A stretch of 64,000 nt of DNA from an uncultured Gemmatimonadales bacterium (GTDB lineage: Bacteria > Gemmatimonadota > Gemmatimonadetes > Gemmatimonadales > GWC2-71-9): assembly GCA_963748815.1 (NCBI GenBank), contig CAVVKJ010000011.1:1-64000 (forward strand), given 5' to 3'. The notes beneath the pieces were generated by a model that searched no databases, was not told the DNA's origin, and saw only the letters and a program-made list of their open reading frames with translations. Made by a program: the position numbers and the translations under genes. Positions 8,980 through 19,580 of the stretch are shown here, one piece after another (position 1 is the stretch's first letter; the number at the start of each line of letters is the position of its first letter).

Positions 8980-9023
8980 TGTTTCAATGAGTGAAACATA
9001 ACATGTAAGTTATTTATTGTCAA
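8980..9023 (-). promoter_or_regulatory. Sigma70 promoter with inverted-repeat operator over the -10/TSS
   Basis: Minus strand TTGACA-17nt-TATGTT; palindrome TGTTTCA-N5-TGAAACA at 8980-8998. Confidence 0.75.
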
Positions 9024-9035
9024 GGGGTTACATTC

Positions 9036-9599
9036 TTGAACTCCATCGACTCGGCCTCCGCGTTCCGGGCCTGGCTTCGAAAACATCACCGGGCCGAAAC
9101 CGCCCTGGTCCTCCGCATTGCGAAGAAACACGCCGCGACCGGCATCACCTACGCCGAGGCACTGGACGAGGCGCTCTGCTTCGGCTGGATCGACGGCATC
9201 CGGCGCCGACTCGACGCCGACAGCTTCTCGATCCGGTTCACGCCGAGGAAGCCGCGGAGCATCTGGAGCCGGGTAAACGTGGCGCACGTGGAGCGCCTGA
9301 TCCGCGAGAAGCGGATGACGAAGGCGGGGCTGGCGGCATACCAGGCCCGCACCCCGGACCGTACCGGGATCTACTCCTTTGAGCGAGCCGCGGCAGAACT
9401 GCCACCGGCCTTTGCCACGACCTTCCGGAAGAACCGCGCGGCGTGGAAGTGCTTTCAGGGCATGCCACCGTATTATCGGCGTATCGCCACCTACTGGGTG
9501 GTCAGCGCCAAGCGGGAGGCCACCCGTCTCCGGCGGCTGGAGACGCTGATCACCTGCTCCGCCGCGGGACTCCGGATTCCGCAGCTCCGTACGTCGTAA
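9036..9599 (+). CDS. YdeI/OmpD-associated family protein
   Basis: FRAWL, YAEALDEALCFGWIDG, RFTPRKPRSIWSRVN and WVVSAKREATRLRRL. Confidence 0.9.
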   Translation: MNSIDSASAFRAWLRKHHRAETALVLRIAKKHAATGITYAEALDEALCFGWIDGIRRRLDADSFSIRFTPRKPRSIWSRVNVAHVERLIREKRMTKAGLAAYQARTPDRTGIYSFERAAAELPPAFATTFRKNRAAWKCFQGMPPYYRRIATYWVVSAKREATRLRRLETLITCSAAGLRIPQLRTS

Positions 9600-9666
9600 G
9601 TCGTACAGCACCGACAGGCTATCTTCCAGACCGGAATCTTCATCTCCCCCCATGGCAGGAGGCTGC

Positions 9667-10194
9667 ATGCTGAAGAAGATCGCCCTGGTGGTCCTGGGGC
9701 TCCTGGTCCTGGTGCTTCTCCTCGCCATGACCAAGCCGGACCAGTTCACGGTCGTGCGCTCGACGCGCATTGCGGCTCCCGCCGAGCGGATCTTCCCCAT
9801 GCTGGACGACTTCCACAACTGGGGCAGCTGGTCGCCGTGGGAGAAGATGGACCCGACCATGACGCGGACCTTCAGCGGTCCCGCCAGCGGCGTCGGCGCG
9901 CAATACGGCTGGACCGGCAACAAGCAGGTGGGCACCGGGAAGATGGAAATCCTGGAGTCGGTGCCGTCGGCGAAGCTCGTCATCGCGCTGGACTTCCTGG
10001 CGCCCTTCGAGGCCCACAACACGGCGGAGTTCCTCCTCGCGCCCGCGGGCGATTCCACCGAGGTCACCTGGACGATGCGCGGCCCGAACCTGTTCCTCAC
10101 CAAGCTCATCACCGTCTTCGTCAGCATGGACAGGATGGTGGGCCCGGACTTCGAGGCCGGGCTGGCAAACCTGAAGGCCAATGCGGAGCGGTAG
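9667..10194 (+). CDS. SRPBCC (polyketide cyclase-like) family protein
   Basis: DFHNWGSWSPWEKMDP, SGVGAQYGWTGNKQVGTG and VGPDFEAGLANLK. Confidence 0.9.
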   Translation: MLKKIALVVLGLLVLVLLLAMTKPDQFTVVRSTRIAAPAERIFPMLDDFHNWGSWSPWEKMDPTMTRTFSGPASGVGAQYGWTGNKQVGTGKMEILESVPSAKLVIALDFLAPFEAHNTAEFLLAPAGDSTEVTWTMRGPNLFLTKLITVFVSMDRMVGPDFEAGLANLKANAER

Positions 10195-10230
10195 ACGCTC
10201 CCCACCACGTCACTCCCAGGAGGTAGCAGC

Positions 10231-10659
10231 ATGGATCGGAAAGCCACCGCCCGCTGGACCGGGGACCTGCGCACCGGCACGGGCACCATCAAGCTCGGCA
10301 GCGGCGTGTTCGAGGGGCCGTACAGCTTCAAGTCGCGCTTCGAGGACGGCAAGGATACCAACCCCGAGGAGCTGCTCGGCGCGGCCCACGCCGCCTGCTT
10401 CTCGATGGCGCTCTCGGCCGGGCTCGCCAAGGCCGGGCACAAGCCCACGAGCGTCGCGACGACCGCCACCGTTCACCTGGAGCTCGTCGGCGCGGGGTCG
10501 CAGATCACCCGGATCGACCTGGCGACCCACGGGGTCGTGCCGGGCCTGTCCGAAGCCGAATTCACGCGGTTCGCGGAAGACACGAAGGTGAACTGCATCG
10601 TGTCGAAGGCCCTCGCCAGCGTCCCGATGACCCTGGCCGTGACCTTCGCCGGCGGCTGA
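10231..10659 (+). CDS. osmC: OsmC family peroxiredoxin
   Basis: TNPEELLGAAHAACFSMALS and NCIVSKAL (two catalytic Cys); GGAGG RBS. Confidence 0.92.
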   Translation: MDRKATARWTGDLRTGTGTIKLGSGVFEGPYSFKSRFEDGKDTNPEELLGAAHAACFSMALSAGLAKAGHKPTSVATTATVHLELVGAGSQITRIDLATHGVVPGLSEAEFTRFAEDTKVNCIVSKALASVPMTLAVTFAGG

Positions 10660-10683
10660 GCGGAGAGGCAGCGCGGGGGCGCC

Positions 10684-10709
10684 GAAACCTTTGCGCCCCC
10701 GCTCCCGTT
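10684..10709 (+). promoter_or_regulatory. Candidate ECF-sigma promoter (overlaps a hairpin after osmC)
   Basis: GAAAC-17nt-CGTT, matching the generic ECF AAC...CGT consensus, upstream of the DUF305 gene. Confidence 0.4.
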
Positions 10710-10836
10710 TGGGCTGGGAAGCCACCACCCCTGCCGGACCCCGTCCCCGCGGTTAGGTTACGGGGCTGCCGACAGGGCTGCCGGCATGCCACCCGCCCAC
10801 GCGAGTTCCACAACCCGAGTCCTTGGAGTGAGTTAG

Positions 10837-11448
10837 GTGAGGCCCATCCCGTTGCGTATCCTGTGCTCGACCCTCCTCTGCTCGACCTTGCTCGCCCCCG
10901 CCCTCGTGGCGCAGCAGCCGGATACCGCCAAGGCGCCCGGCTACGTCGCCGGCGATACCAGGTTCATGACCGGGATGATCGGCCATCACTCGCAGGCGGT
11001 GCTGATTTCCGGCTGGGCCCCAACCCACGGGGCGAGTCCCTCGATCATCCGCCTCACCGAGCGGATCGTGGTCGGCCAGCAGGATGAAATCCAGCTGATG
11101 GAGACGTGGCTGCGCGACCGGGGGGAGCCGGTGCCCGATCCGGCGTCCCACGCGAGCCACGCCGGCATGGACCACTCCATGCACATGCCCGGTATGCTGA
11201 GCCCCGCCCAGCTCGACACGCTCGACCGGGCGCGCGGCGCGGAATTCGACCGGCTCTTCCTGACCTACATGATCCAGCACCACATGGGCGCCATCGTCAT
11301 GGTGAACGAGCTCTTTGCCACCCAGGGGGCCGGGCAGGACGAGCCGACCTTCCGGCTGGCCTCGAACATCTACGCCGACCAGACGACCGAGATCGCCCGC
11401 ATGGAGAAGATGCTGGCCGCGCTCCCAGCCCAGGGAGCCAACCCCTGA
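10837..11448 (+). CDS. DUF305 domain protein, exported
   Basis: Signal peptide; DTRFMTGMIGHHSQAV, QQDEIQLM, His/Met linker HASHAGMDHSMHMPGM, FDRLFLTYMIQHHMGAI. Confidence 0.9.
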   Translation: MRPIPLRILCSTLLCSTLLAPALVAQQPDTAKAPGYVAGDTRFMTGMIGHHSQAVLISGWAPTHGASPSIIRLTERIVVGQQDEIQLMETWLRDRGEPVPDPASHASHAGMDHSMHMPGMLSPAQLDTLDRARGAEFDRLFLTYMIQHHMGAIVMVNELFATQGAGQDEPTFRLASNIYADQTTEIARMEKMLAALPAQGANP

Positions 11449-11504
11449 TGCCGACCGACACGCCCGTCTTTGCTTCCATCTCCACCCTTCGACAGGAATC
11501 GTTC

Positions 11505-13526
11505 ATGACTCTCGTGCATTCGACCATGCGTGCGGGGCGCCGTTCCGCCGCCCTGGCTCCCTTTCTCCTGGCCCTCGGAGCGCTGACGGCAGGCGGGTGC
11601 TCCTCGTCGACCACCTCGACGGCGAGCGCTCCGGTCCCGGCGGCGCCCGCGATGCCGGCCGCCGACCCCCGCGTCGGCCTCAAGGCCGGCCAGTGGGACG
11701 CCGCGGAGGCTGCCTGGAACCTGCGCCTCGTCTCGAACACGCGCCCCTCGGAGAAGTTCGCCGGGGTCACGAACTCCGACATCTCGTTCACCGGGAAGTA
11801 CGCCATCCAGGGCAACTACAACGGCTTCCAGGTCTGGGACATCTCCAACCCGGCCAAGCCGACGCTCAAGGTCGGGTTCCTCTGCCCGGCGTCGCAGAGC
11901 GACGTGTCGGTGTACAAGAACCTGCTCTTCGTCTCGGGTGAGGGGAACTCCGGCCGGCTCGACTGCGGCACGCAGGGCGTGAAGGACACCGTGAGCACCG
12001 ACCGTCTCCGCGGCATCCGCATCTTCGACATCACCGACATCGCCGTGCCGAAGTACATCGGCAACGTGCAGACCTGCCGCGGCTCGCACACGCACACCGT
12101 GCTCGAGGACCCGAAGGACAAGGCGAACGTCTACATCTACGTCTCCGGTTCCGCCGGCGTCCGTTCGCCGAGCGAGCTGCCGGGCTGCTCCCGCATGGCG
12201 CCGAGCGAGGACCCGAACTCCGCGCTCTTCCGCATCGAGGTCATCAAGGTGCCGCTGGCGCACCCGGAGCAGGCGGCCATCGTGAGTTCCCCGCGCATCT
12301 TCAACGACCTCGTGGCGCCGCCGGAGCACGGCGAGTCCGAGGCCGACATCGCCGCCGGGAAGAAGGCGGCCGAGGCGTGGCGCGCCAAGGGCGGGTACAC
12401 GGCCGTCATCTTCGGCATGGACCGCCCGATCCCGTCGGGGTACATCGACCCGATGCTGGACAGCATCGTGACCGCCCGCAAGGGCACCGGCAAGCCGACC
12501 GCGGCCGACAGCGCGGCGCTCCGGACCGCCCTTCCCGCCATCCTGGCGGCGCGGTTCGGCAACCCGGACGACAAGAAGGACGGCGTCCGCCCCGGCCCGA
12601 CGCAGTGCCACGACATCACCGTCTACCCCGCCATCGGCCTGGCCGGCGGCGCCTGCGAAGGCTACGGCCTGCTGCTCGACATCACCGACCCGGTCAACCC
12701 GAAGCGGATCGGCGCCGTGGCCGACTCCAACTTCTCCTACTGGCACTCGGCGACGTTCAACAACGACGGCACCAAGATCCTCTTCTCCGACGAGTGGGGC
12801 GGCGGCGGCTCGCCGAAGTGCCGCATCACCGACAAGAAGGAGTGGGGCGCCGACGCGCTCTTCACGCTCGCGAACGACGTCATGTCGTTCCAGAGCTACT
12901 ACAAGCTGCCGGCGGCGCAGACGGCCAACGAGAACTGCGTGGCCCACAACGGCTCGCTCATCCCGATGCCGGGCCGCGACATCATGGTGCAGTCGTGGTA
13001 CCAGGGCGGCATCTCGGTGTTCGACTGGACCGACGCGTCGCACCCGATCGAGATCGCCTTCTTCGACCGCGGCCCGATCGACTCGACCCGCATGGGCAAT
13101 GGCGGCTCCTGGTCGGTGTACTGGTACAACGGCTACATGTACAGCTCCGAGATCGGCCGCGGGCTCGACATCTTCGAGCTGACCGCCAGCGCGCACCTGT
13201 CGCAGAACGAGATCGACGCGGCCAAGCTCGTGAAGCTCGACTACTTCAACGCGCAGGGGCAGCCGAAGTTCGTCTGGCCGGCGCACATCGTCGTGGCCCA
13301 GGCCTATCTCGACCAGCTCGCCCGGTCGAACGGGCTGAACGCGAAGACGATCGACTCCGCCCGGAAGACGCTGGACAAGGCGTCGAAGGAAACCGGCGCC
13401 AAGCGCAAGGACACCCTCGGCAAGCTGGCCAGGCAGCTCGAGGCCGACGCCCCGACCGCGGGCGATCCCGCCAAGGTGAAGACGCTGGCTGCCGCGGTGG
13501 ATGCGGTGGCCAACGCCGCGAGCTGA
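11505..13526 (+). CDS. LVIVD-repeat beta-propeller lipoprotein
   Basis: Lipobox-like AGGC; repeats GFQVWDISNP, GIRIFDITD, LLDITDPVNP and GISVFDWTD; His motifs GSHTHT, CHDIT, WHSAT and CVAHNG. Confidence 0.85.
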   Translation: MTLVHSTMRAGRRSAALAPFLLALGALTAGGCSSSTTSTASAPVPAAPAMPAADPRVGLKAGQWDAAEAAWNLRLVSNTRPSEKFAGVTNSDISFTGKYAIQGNYNGFQVWDISNPAKPTLKVGFLCPASQSDVSVYKNLLFVSGEGNSGRLDCGTQGVKDTVSTDRLRGIRIFDITDIAVPKYIGNVQTCRGSHTHTVLEDPKDKANVYIYVSGSAGVRSPSELPGCSRMAPSEDPNSALFRIEVIKVPLAHPEQAAIVSSPRIFNDLVAPPEHGESEADIAAGKKAAEAWRAKGGYTAVIFGMDRPIPSGYIDPMLDSIVTARKGTGKPTAADSAALRTALPAILAARFGNPDDKKDGVRPGPTQCHDITVYPAIGLAGGACEGYGLLLDITDPVNPKRIGAVADSNFSYWHSATFNNDGTKILFSDEWGGGGSPKCRITDKKEWGADALFTLANDVMSFQSYYKLPAAQTANENCVAHNGSLIPMPGRDIMVQSWYQGGISVFDWTDASHPIEIAFFDRGPIDSTRMGNGGSWSVYWYNGYMYSSEIGRGLDIFELTASAHLSQNEIDAAKLVKLDYFNAQGQPKFVWPAHIVVAQAYLDQLARSNGLNAKTIDSARKTLDKASKETGAKRKDTLGKLARQLEADAPTAGDPAKVKTLAAAVDAVANAAS

Positions 13527-13606
13527 CGCGGAGCAGGCACCAAGAGACTCGCACGGCATCAAGGTCCGGCCCGGGTGGCCGGGCCTTGATGCGTTCCGGG
13601 AGGACG

Positions 13607-14083
13607 ATGGAACAACATGCCGAACTGATGCGCTCGTTCTACGCGGCGTTCCAGCGACGCGATCACGCCGCCATGACGGCGTGCTATGCCCCGGACGCCA
13701 CCTTTTCCGATCCCGTCTTTCCCCTCCTGCGGGGGCCGGCGGTCGGGGCGATGTGGCGGATGCTCTGTGAGCGCGGCACCGACCTGCGGATCGAGGCCAG
13801 CGGCATCACCGCCACCGGCGACGAGGGCCGCGCGCACTGGGAGGCATGGTACACCTTTTCGGCCACTGGGCGTCCGGTGCACAACGTCATCGAGGCGGCG
13901 TTCGGCTTTCGCGATGGCCGGATTCAGCGGCACGAGGATTCGTTCTCGCTCTACCGTTGGGCGCGCCAGGCGCTCGGCGTGAAGGGAGTACTGCTGGGAT
14001 GGGCACCGCCGGTCCAGCGCGCCATCCGCGCGCAGGCCGCCCGTGCGCACGAGACATTCATGATTCGACACGGAGTGGGCTGA
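13607..14083 (+). CDS. NTF2/SnoaL-like family protein
   Basis: FYAAFQRRDHAAMTACYAPDATFSDPVF, MWRML and HWEAWYTFSATGRPVHNVI; GGAGG RBS. Confidence 0.88.
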   Translation: MEQHAELMRSFYAAFQRRDHAAMTACYAPDATFSDPVFPLLRGPAVGAMWRMLCERGTDLRIEASGITATGDEGRAHWEAWYTFSATGRPVHNVIEAAFGFRDGRIQRHEDSFSLYRWARQALGVKGVLLGWAPPVQRAIRAQAARAHETFMIRHGVG

Positions 14084-14103
14084 CTCAAACCGGGGACGCG
14101 GAC

Positions 14104-14286
14104 ATGCGGGGATGTCTGACTCTGATCGGGCTGGTGTGCCTGGCCATCGGGCTGGCATCGGTCTATGTCCTGATCCTGATCAAGGGAAAGAGCGACGGCC
14201 CGGGCGCGCTGCTCTTCTACATCGGGGCGGTCGGCGGGCTCTGGATGGCGTGGTTGTTCCTCGTCACTTCCCGATCGAAGAAATAG
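14104..14286 (+). CDS. Small two-helix membrane protein
   Basis: 60 aa with two TM segments; fills the gap between co-oriented genes. Confidence 0.65.
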   Translation: MRGCLTLIGLVCLAIGLASVYVLILIKGKSDGPGALLFYIGAVGGLWMAWLFLVTSRSKK

Positions 14287-14297
14287 GAGGCCGAGCC

Positions 14298-14945
14298 GTG
14301 CGTCTCCTCGTCGTTGGCGCCAGCGGCGGCACCGGCCGGCTCCTGGTCTCCCAGGCGCTCGACGCCGGACATGTCGTCACCGCGTTCGTGCGCGATGCCG
14401 CCCGGCTCCCGCTCACACATGCCGCGCTCCGCATCGCTGTCGGCGACGCGATGCACCTGGACAGTTTTGGCCCCGTCATGGCCGGCCAGGAGGCGGTCCT
14501 CTGCGTTCTGGGCGCCAAGCCGGAAGGCGCCGACGCCCACCGGGAGCAGCCCGGGGTGCCCGTGTGCTCCGTCGGCACGGGGCACCTCATCGAGGCGATG
14601 CGGTCGGCGGGGGTGCGGCGGCTGGTCGTCGAGAGTTCGGCGCCGTGCGGCGAGAGCGCGGCCACTGGACGGTGGCCGGCGCCCTGGATCGTGCGGACGG
14701 TGCTGCGGGAGGTCATGGCCGACAAGGAGATTCAGGAGGCGGCGGTGCGGGCGAGCGGACTGGACTGGACGATCATCCGGCCGGTCAAGATGACGAACGG
14801 TCCGCGGACCGACCGGGTGCGGGTCGGCGCGGACCTGCGCTGGGGAATTACCTCGAAGGTGTCGCGGGCCGACGTGGCCGCCGTGCTGCTCCGGACGGTT
14901 GCCGCCCCGGATACCATCGGGGCGGCGCTGACGGTGGCGCCCTAG
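14298..14945 (+). CDS. NAD(P)H-binding atypical SDR (flavin reductase/BVR-B-like)
   Basis: LVVGASGGTG, SGLDWTIIRP and VSRADVA; AGGAGG RBS before GTG. Confidence 0.88.
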   Translation: MRLLVVGASGGTGRLLVSQALDAGHVVTAFVRDAARLPLTHAALRIAVGDAMHLDSFGPVMAGQEAVLCVLGAKPEGADAHREQPGVPVCSVGTGHLIEAMRSAGVRRLVVESSAPCGESAATGRWPAPWIVRTVLREVMADKEIQEAAVRASGLDWTIIRPVKMTNGPRTDRVRVGADLRWGITSKVSRADVAAVLLRTVAAPDTIGAALTVAP

Positions 14946-15265
14946 CGGGCCGCGGGGGGAAGCGCCGGCTCCGCGGCGCTGGCCTTGGACTGGGTGGCGG
15001 TGGACGCCGAGGCGGAAAGCGAAGGGAACACCGCCTTGGCGGCGAGTTTGAGGGTGAACGCCGCCGCCGGCACGCCGAGCCCGGCGCCGAGGAGGAGGAG
15101 ATTGGCGGCGAGGACCCGGCCGGTCCATCGGTTGACCAGCGCCCGGCTGCGGGTCGCCATCACCACCGCCACGGCGGCCAGATCGATCAGGACGAGCCCG
15201 GCGGCACAGGTCCAGAACACCTCGGCACTGACCTGATCCAGCCACAGTACGGTGGTTTCGAGCAT
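14942..15265 (-). CDS. Hypothetical membrane protein
   Basis: MLETTVLWLDQVSAEVFW... with two TM segments; GAGGA RBS. Confidence 0.65.
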   Translation of the reverse strand: MLETTVLWLDQVSAEVFWTCAAGLVLIDLAAVAVVMATRSRALVNRWTGRVLAANLLLLGAGLGVPAAAFTLKLAAKAVFPSLSASASTATQSKASAAEPALPPAAR

Positions 15266-15378
15266 CGAGGTCCTCGAGGCGCGGGGTGGGACGGGCATCT
15301 CGTTGTGGTGTGTCACTCTAGTTACGCGAAAACGACCGACTTGTCCAGCGGCAATCTGGAACGCTTGCCGGAGGTCCC

Positions 15379-16572
15379 ATGACGGAAGCCCGGGCACGCA
15401 TCCAGTCGATCGACATCATCCGGGGCGCGGTGATGGTCCTGATGGCGCTCGACCATGTGCGGGTCTATTCCGGCCTCCCGGCCGGCGGCCCGACCCCCGG
15501 CATCTTCTTCACCCGGTGGGTCACCAACTTCTGCGCCCCGGCGTTCATCTTCTTTGCGGGCACCAGCGCCTACCTCTACGGGCGGAAGCACCCCGGGTTG
15601 CCACGGTTCCTCGCCACGCGCGGGCTCTGGCTCGTCTTCCTCGAGCTGGTCGTGATCCGGATCGCGTGGACCTTCAACCTCGACTTCTCGCATTTCCTGC
15701 TGGCCGGGGTCATCTGGGTCATCGGGTGGTGCATGATTCTGCTTGCACTCCTGGTGCGGCTGCCGGTCCGCGTGGTTGGCGTGCTCGGCCTCGTCATCAT
15801 GGCCGGGCACAACCTCGTGGATCCCCGGTTCTTCGACCTGGTCGCTTCGGCCCAGCAAGGCGGCGGGTACGGGTTCTGGTCGATCCTGTATTTCGGGTTC
15901 TGGGGCGGGCCGGTAACGCTGGGCGCGGGCGGAACCGAGTTCTGGGTGCTCTATTCAATCATCCCCTGGATCGGCGTCATGGCGGCGGGCTACGCCTTCG
16001 GTGCGATCGTCACGATGGAACCGGCGCGCCGCGACCGTCTCTGCTGGCAGGTTGGCCTCTCGGCCACGGCGCTTTTCCTCGTCCTTCGCGGGTGGGACCT
16101 CTACGGCGACCCCTTCGCCTGGCGGGCGGCGGTCCACCCCACCGGCGGCCGCCCACCGATGCCGGCGGTGCTCGCCTTCCTGAACACCAACAAGTATCCG
16201 GCGTCGTTCCTCTTCCTGCTGATGACGCTCGGGCCCACGATTGCGCTCATGCCGCTGCTGGAACGGGCACAGGGCGTGGTGGCCCGCTGGCTCATCGTCT
16301 TCGGCCGGGTACCGATGTTCTTCTACCTGCTGCACATCCCCCTCATCCATGCGCTCGCCGTCCTCGTCTCGCTGGTGCGCACACCGGCCGATACCGCCTG
16401 GCTCTTCACCAACCACCCGATGGCGAATCCTCCTGCCCCCGCCGGCTATCCCTGGAGCCTCGGCATGCTGTACGTCGGCTGGGCCGTGGCGGTCGTGCTG
16501 CTCTATGCGCCGTGTCGCTGGTTCGCCGGGCTGAAGGCGAGGCGCAGGGAGGCGTGGCTAAGTTACCTGTAG
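15379..16572 (+). CDS. DUF1624/HGSNAT-like membrane acyltransferase-family protein
   Basis: RIQSIDIIRGAVMVLMALDHVR, FFTRWVTNFCAP, NTNKYPASFLFLLMTLGP and FGRVPMFFYLLH. Confidence 0.9.
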   Translation: MTEARARIQSIDIIRGAVMVLMALDHVRVYSGLPAGGPTPGIFFTRWVTNFCAPAFIFFAGTSAYLYGRKHPGLPRFLATRGLWLVFLELVVIRIAWTFNLDFSHFLLAGVIWVIGWCMILLALLVRLPVRVVGVLGLVIMAGHNLVDPRFFDLVASAQQGGGYGFWSILYFGFWGGPVTLGAGGTEFWVLYSIIPWIGVMAAGYAFGAIVTMEPARRDRLCWQVGLSATALFLVLRGWDLYGDPFAWRAAVHPTGGRPPMPAVLAFLNTNKYPASFLFLLMTLGPTIALMPLLERAQGVVARWLIVFGRVPMFFYLLHIPLIHALAVLVSLVRTPADTAWLFTNHPMANPPAPAGYPWSLGMLYVGWAVAVVLLYAPCRWFAGLKARRREAWLSYL

Positions 16573-16638
16573 GTCGGTCTGGTCGACTCACCGTGGCGCC
16601 CCTCGGACGCCGTCATTGATTTCTTCGCAAGGTGGTTC

Positions 16639-18714
16639 TTGATGCGACATCTATTCCGTCTCCCCACGCTTCTGGCCGTGCTCGGCGTCACCGTGGCGAC
16701 CGCCCTGCCCAGCACCGTGGTCGCACAGGATGCGGCCCCCGTTGCCGGCCTCGACACCGTCGGCATGGACCGCGCCGTCACGCCGGGTGACAACTTTTTC
16801 GACTACGCCAACGGTACCTGGCTCAAGGAGACCCCGATTCCGCCGGACCGCAGCTCCTACGGCGCCGGTGCCATTCTTGCCGAGTTCACCGATGGCCGCG
16901 TGGCGGCACTGATCCAGGAGACGGCCAAGGCGAAGGCACCGCTGGGTTCGGAAGCCCAGATGGTCGGAGACTATTACTCGAGCTTCATGGACGTGGCGGC
17001 GATCGAGGCCGCGGGCCTCGCACCGCTCCGACCGACCCTCGACTCCATCGCCGCCATCAGTAATCGGACCCAGCTGGCGTATTTCCTCGGCACGACGCTC
17101 CGGGCCGACATGGACGCCATGAATGCGACCAGCCTCTACACCGGCAACGTCTTCGGGCTCTGGGTCGCCCAGGACCTCGATGATCCAACCCAGTACACGC
17201 CGTTTCTCCTGCAGGGCGGCCTCGGGATGCCGGATCGGAGCTATTACGTCGACCCGTCGGCCGGCATGGCCGCCATCCGGACGAAGTACCAGCAGTACAT
17301 CGCCGGGATACTCGGCCTCGCCGGGTTTCCCGGCGCGGATGCCAAGGCCGCCGCGATCATGCAGCTCGAGACCCAGATGGCCGAGGCCCACTGGACCCGC
17401 GAAGCCACCGGCGACTTCGCCAAGGGGAACAACCACTGGACCCGGAAGGAATTCCGCACCAAGGCGCCGGGCCTCGACTGGGAGATCTACTTCGCCGCGG
17501 CGGGGCTCTCGAAGCCGGCGGTCTTCGACGTCTGGCAGCCGAGCGCCTTCACCGGACTCTCGGCCCTGACGAAGAGCGTGGCGCTCGAGACCTGGAAGGA
17601 CTACCTGACCTATCACGCGATCCAGGCCCGCACCGCAGTCCTGCCTGCCGCCTTTGACCAGGCCTCCTTCGCGTTCTATGGCGCCGTGCTGAGCGGTGCC
17701 CAGGTGCAGCGGGACCGCTGGAAGCGCGCCGTGGGAGCCACGAACGGCGCCCTTGGGTTCGCGGTCGGCAAGCTGTACACCGATCGCTACTTTTCCGCGG
17801 CGGAGAAGGCGCGCGCGGAGGCGATGGTGGCCAACATCATCGCGGCGTTCGGCGAGCGCATTGACCAGCTCACGTGGATGTCGCCGAGCACCAAGCAGGA
17901 AGCGCATGCCAAGCTGGCGGTCCTGAAGGTGGGGGTGGGCTATCCCGATGTCTGGCCCACCTACACCGGCCTTCAGGTGATTCCGGGCGACGCCTACGGC
18001 AACATGGAGCGCGCGGGGGTGTACCACCTGCACGCCCGCCTAGCGCTGCTCGGCCAACCGGTGGACCGTGGGGAATGGGTCATGACGCCGCAGACGGTCA
18101 ATGCCGTCAACATGCCCGCGATGAACGCCATGAACTTCCCCGCGGCGATCCTGCAGCCACCGTTTTTCGATCCGAACCGGCCGATGGCCATGGACTACGG
18201 CGCCATGGGGGCCATCATCGGCCACGAGATCAGCCACAGCTTCGACAACCTGGGTGCGCTCTTCGACGCGACCGGCCGGCTGCACAACTGGTGGACGTCG
18301 GAGGACCTCAAGCATTTCGAGGCCTCCGCCGCGCAGCTCGTCGCGCAGTACAACGCCTATCGACCGTTCCCCGACCTCGCGGTGAACGGCAAACAGACCC
18401 TGAGCGAGAACATTGCGGACCTGGCCGGCATTGCGGCGGCCTACGATGCCTACCGGATCTCGCTCGCCGGCATGGAGGCGCCCCCGGTCGACGGGTTTTC
18501 GGGCGACCAGCAGTTCTTCCTCAGTTACGCGCAGAGCTGGCGCTCCAAGTACCGGGAGCCGGCCCTCCGCCAGCGGATTCTCACCGACGGCCACGCCCCG
18601 GGTGAATACCGGGCGTTCACCGTCCGAAACGTCGACACCTGGTACCCCGCCTTCAACGTCCAACCGGGGCAGACGCTCTATCTGTCGCCGGCCAACCGCG
18701 TCCGAGTCTGGTAA
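16639..18714 (+). CDS. M13 family (neprilysin/PepO-like) zinc metallopeptidase, exported
   Basis: [32 protein letters not shown] and DGHAP; signal peptide. Confidence 0.95.
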   Translation: MMRHLFRLPTLLAVLGVTVATALPSTVVAQDAAPVAGLDTVGMDRAVTPGDNFFDYANGTWLKETPIPPDRSSYGAGAILAEFTDGRVAALIQETAKAKAPLGSEAQMVGDYYSSFMDVAAIEAAGLAPLRPTLDSIAAISNRTQLAYFLGTTLRADMDAMNATSLYTGNVFGLWVAQDLDDPTQYTPFLLQGGLGMPDRSYYVDPSAGMAAIRTKYQQYIAGILGLAGFPGADAKAAAIMQLETQMAEAHWTREATGDFAKGNNHWTRKEFRTKAPGLDWEIYFAAAGLSKPAVFDVWQPSAFTGLSALTKSVALETWKDYLTYHAIQARTAVLPAAFDQASFAFYGAVLSGAQVQRDRWKRAVGATNGALGFAVGKLYTDRYFSAAEKARAEAMVANIIAAFGERIDQLTWMSPSTKQEAHAKLAVLKVGVGYPDVWPTYTGLQVIPGDAYGNMERAGVYHLHARLALLGQPVDRGEWVMTPQTVNAVNMPAMNAMNFPAAILQPPFFDPNRPMAMDYGAMGAIIGHEISHSFDNLGALFDATGRLHNWWTSEDLKHFEASAAQLVAQYNAYRPFPDLAVNGKQTLSENIADLAGIAAAYDAYRISLAGMEAPPVDGFSGDQQFFLSYAQSWRSKYREPALRQRILTDGHAPGEYRAFTVRNVDTWYPAFNVQPGQTLYLSPANRVRVW

Positions 18715-18724
18715 GGAGCGCCAC

Positions 18725-19577
18725 ATGTCATCGCCAAAGCGAGTGCTGATCACGGGCATCACAGGCAAGCAGGGCGGCGCCGTCGCCGCCGCCCTCGCCG
18801 GGAGTGCGTTCCAGTTGCAGGGCATGACCCGCAACCCCGGCAGCCCCGCCGCCACAGCGCTGAAGAAGCAGGGCGTCACGATCGTCGCGGGCGACCTCGA
18901 CGACGCCGGCTCGCTCACGAAGGCGCTCGCCGGGGCGTGGGGCGTCTTTGCCGTCCAGAACACCTGGGAAGCGGGCGTCGAAAAGGAGGAGGAACAGGGG
19001 AAGCGCATCGCCACGCTGGCCAGGGAGGCGGGCGTCCAGCATTTCGTGTACAGCTCCGTCGGCTCCGCTCACCGCGCCACTGGCGTTCCCCACTTCGACA
19101 ACAAGTGGCGGGTCGAGGAGACGGTCCGGGCCCTCGAGTTCCCGTCACACGTCATTCTGCGTCCTGTCTTCTTCATGGAAAACGTGGTGAGCCCCTGGTT
19201 CCTGAACGGCGATACGATCTACTCGGCGCTCAAGCCCGAAACGGTGCTCCAGATGATCGCCGTGCAGGACATCGGGAAGTACGGCGCACGGGCCTTCACC
19301 GACGCGGCACGCCTCAACAGTCGGGAAATCGACCTGGCTGGCGACGCGCTGACCATGACGCAGGCCGCCGCGCAGCTCAGCGCCGGCCTCGGCCGCGCCG
19401 ATCAACTACGCCCAGATCCCGATCGCCGACGTACGGAAGAACAGCGAGGACATGGCGCTGATGCTCGAGTGGTTCGAGCGGGTCGGCTACGAGGCCGACA
19501 TCCCGGCGCTCGAAAAGGAGTTCGGCTTCACGCCCACCACGTTCGCCACGTGGGCCGCCGCCCAACGGGCCACCTAG
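18725..19577 (+). CDS. NmrA/HSCARG family NAD(P)-binding protein (+1 frameshift near 19397)
   Basis: [22 protein letters not shown] and [10 protein letters not shown]. The second frame gives PINYAQIP...[17 protein letters not shown] to TAG 19577. Confidence 0.88.
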
Positions 19578-19580
19578 TCG

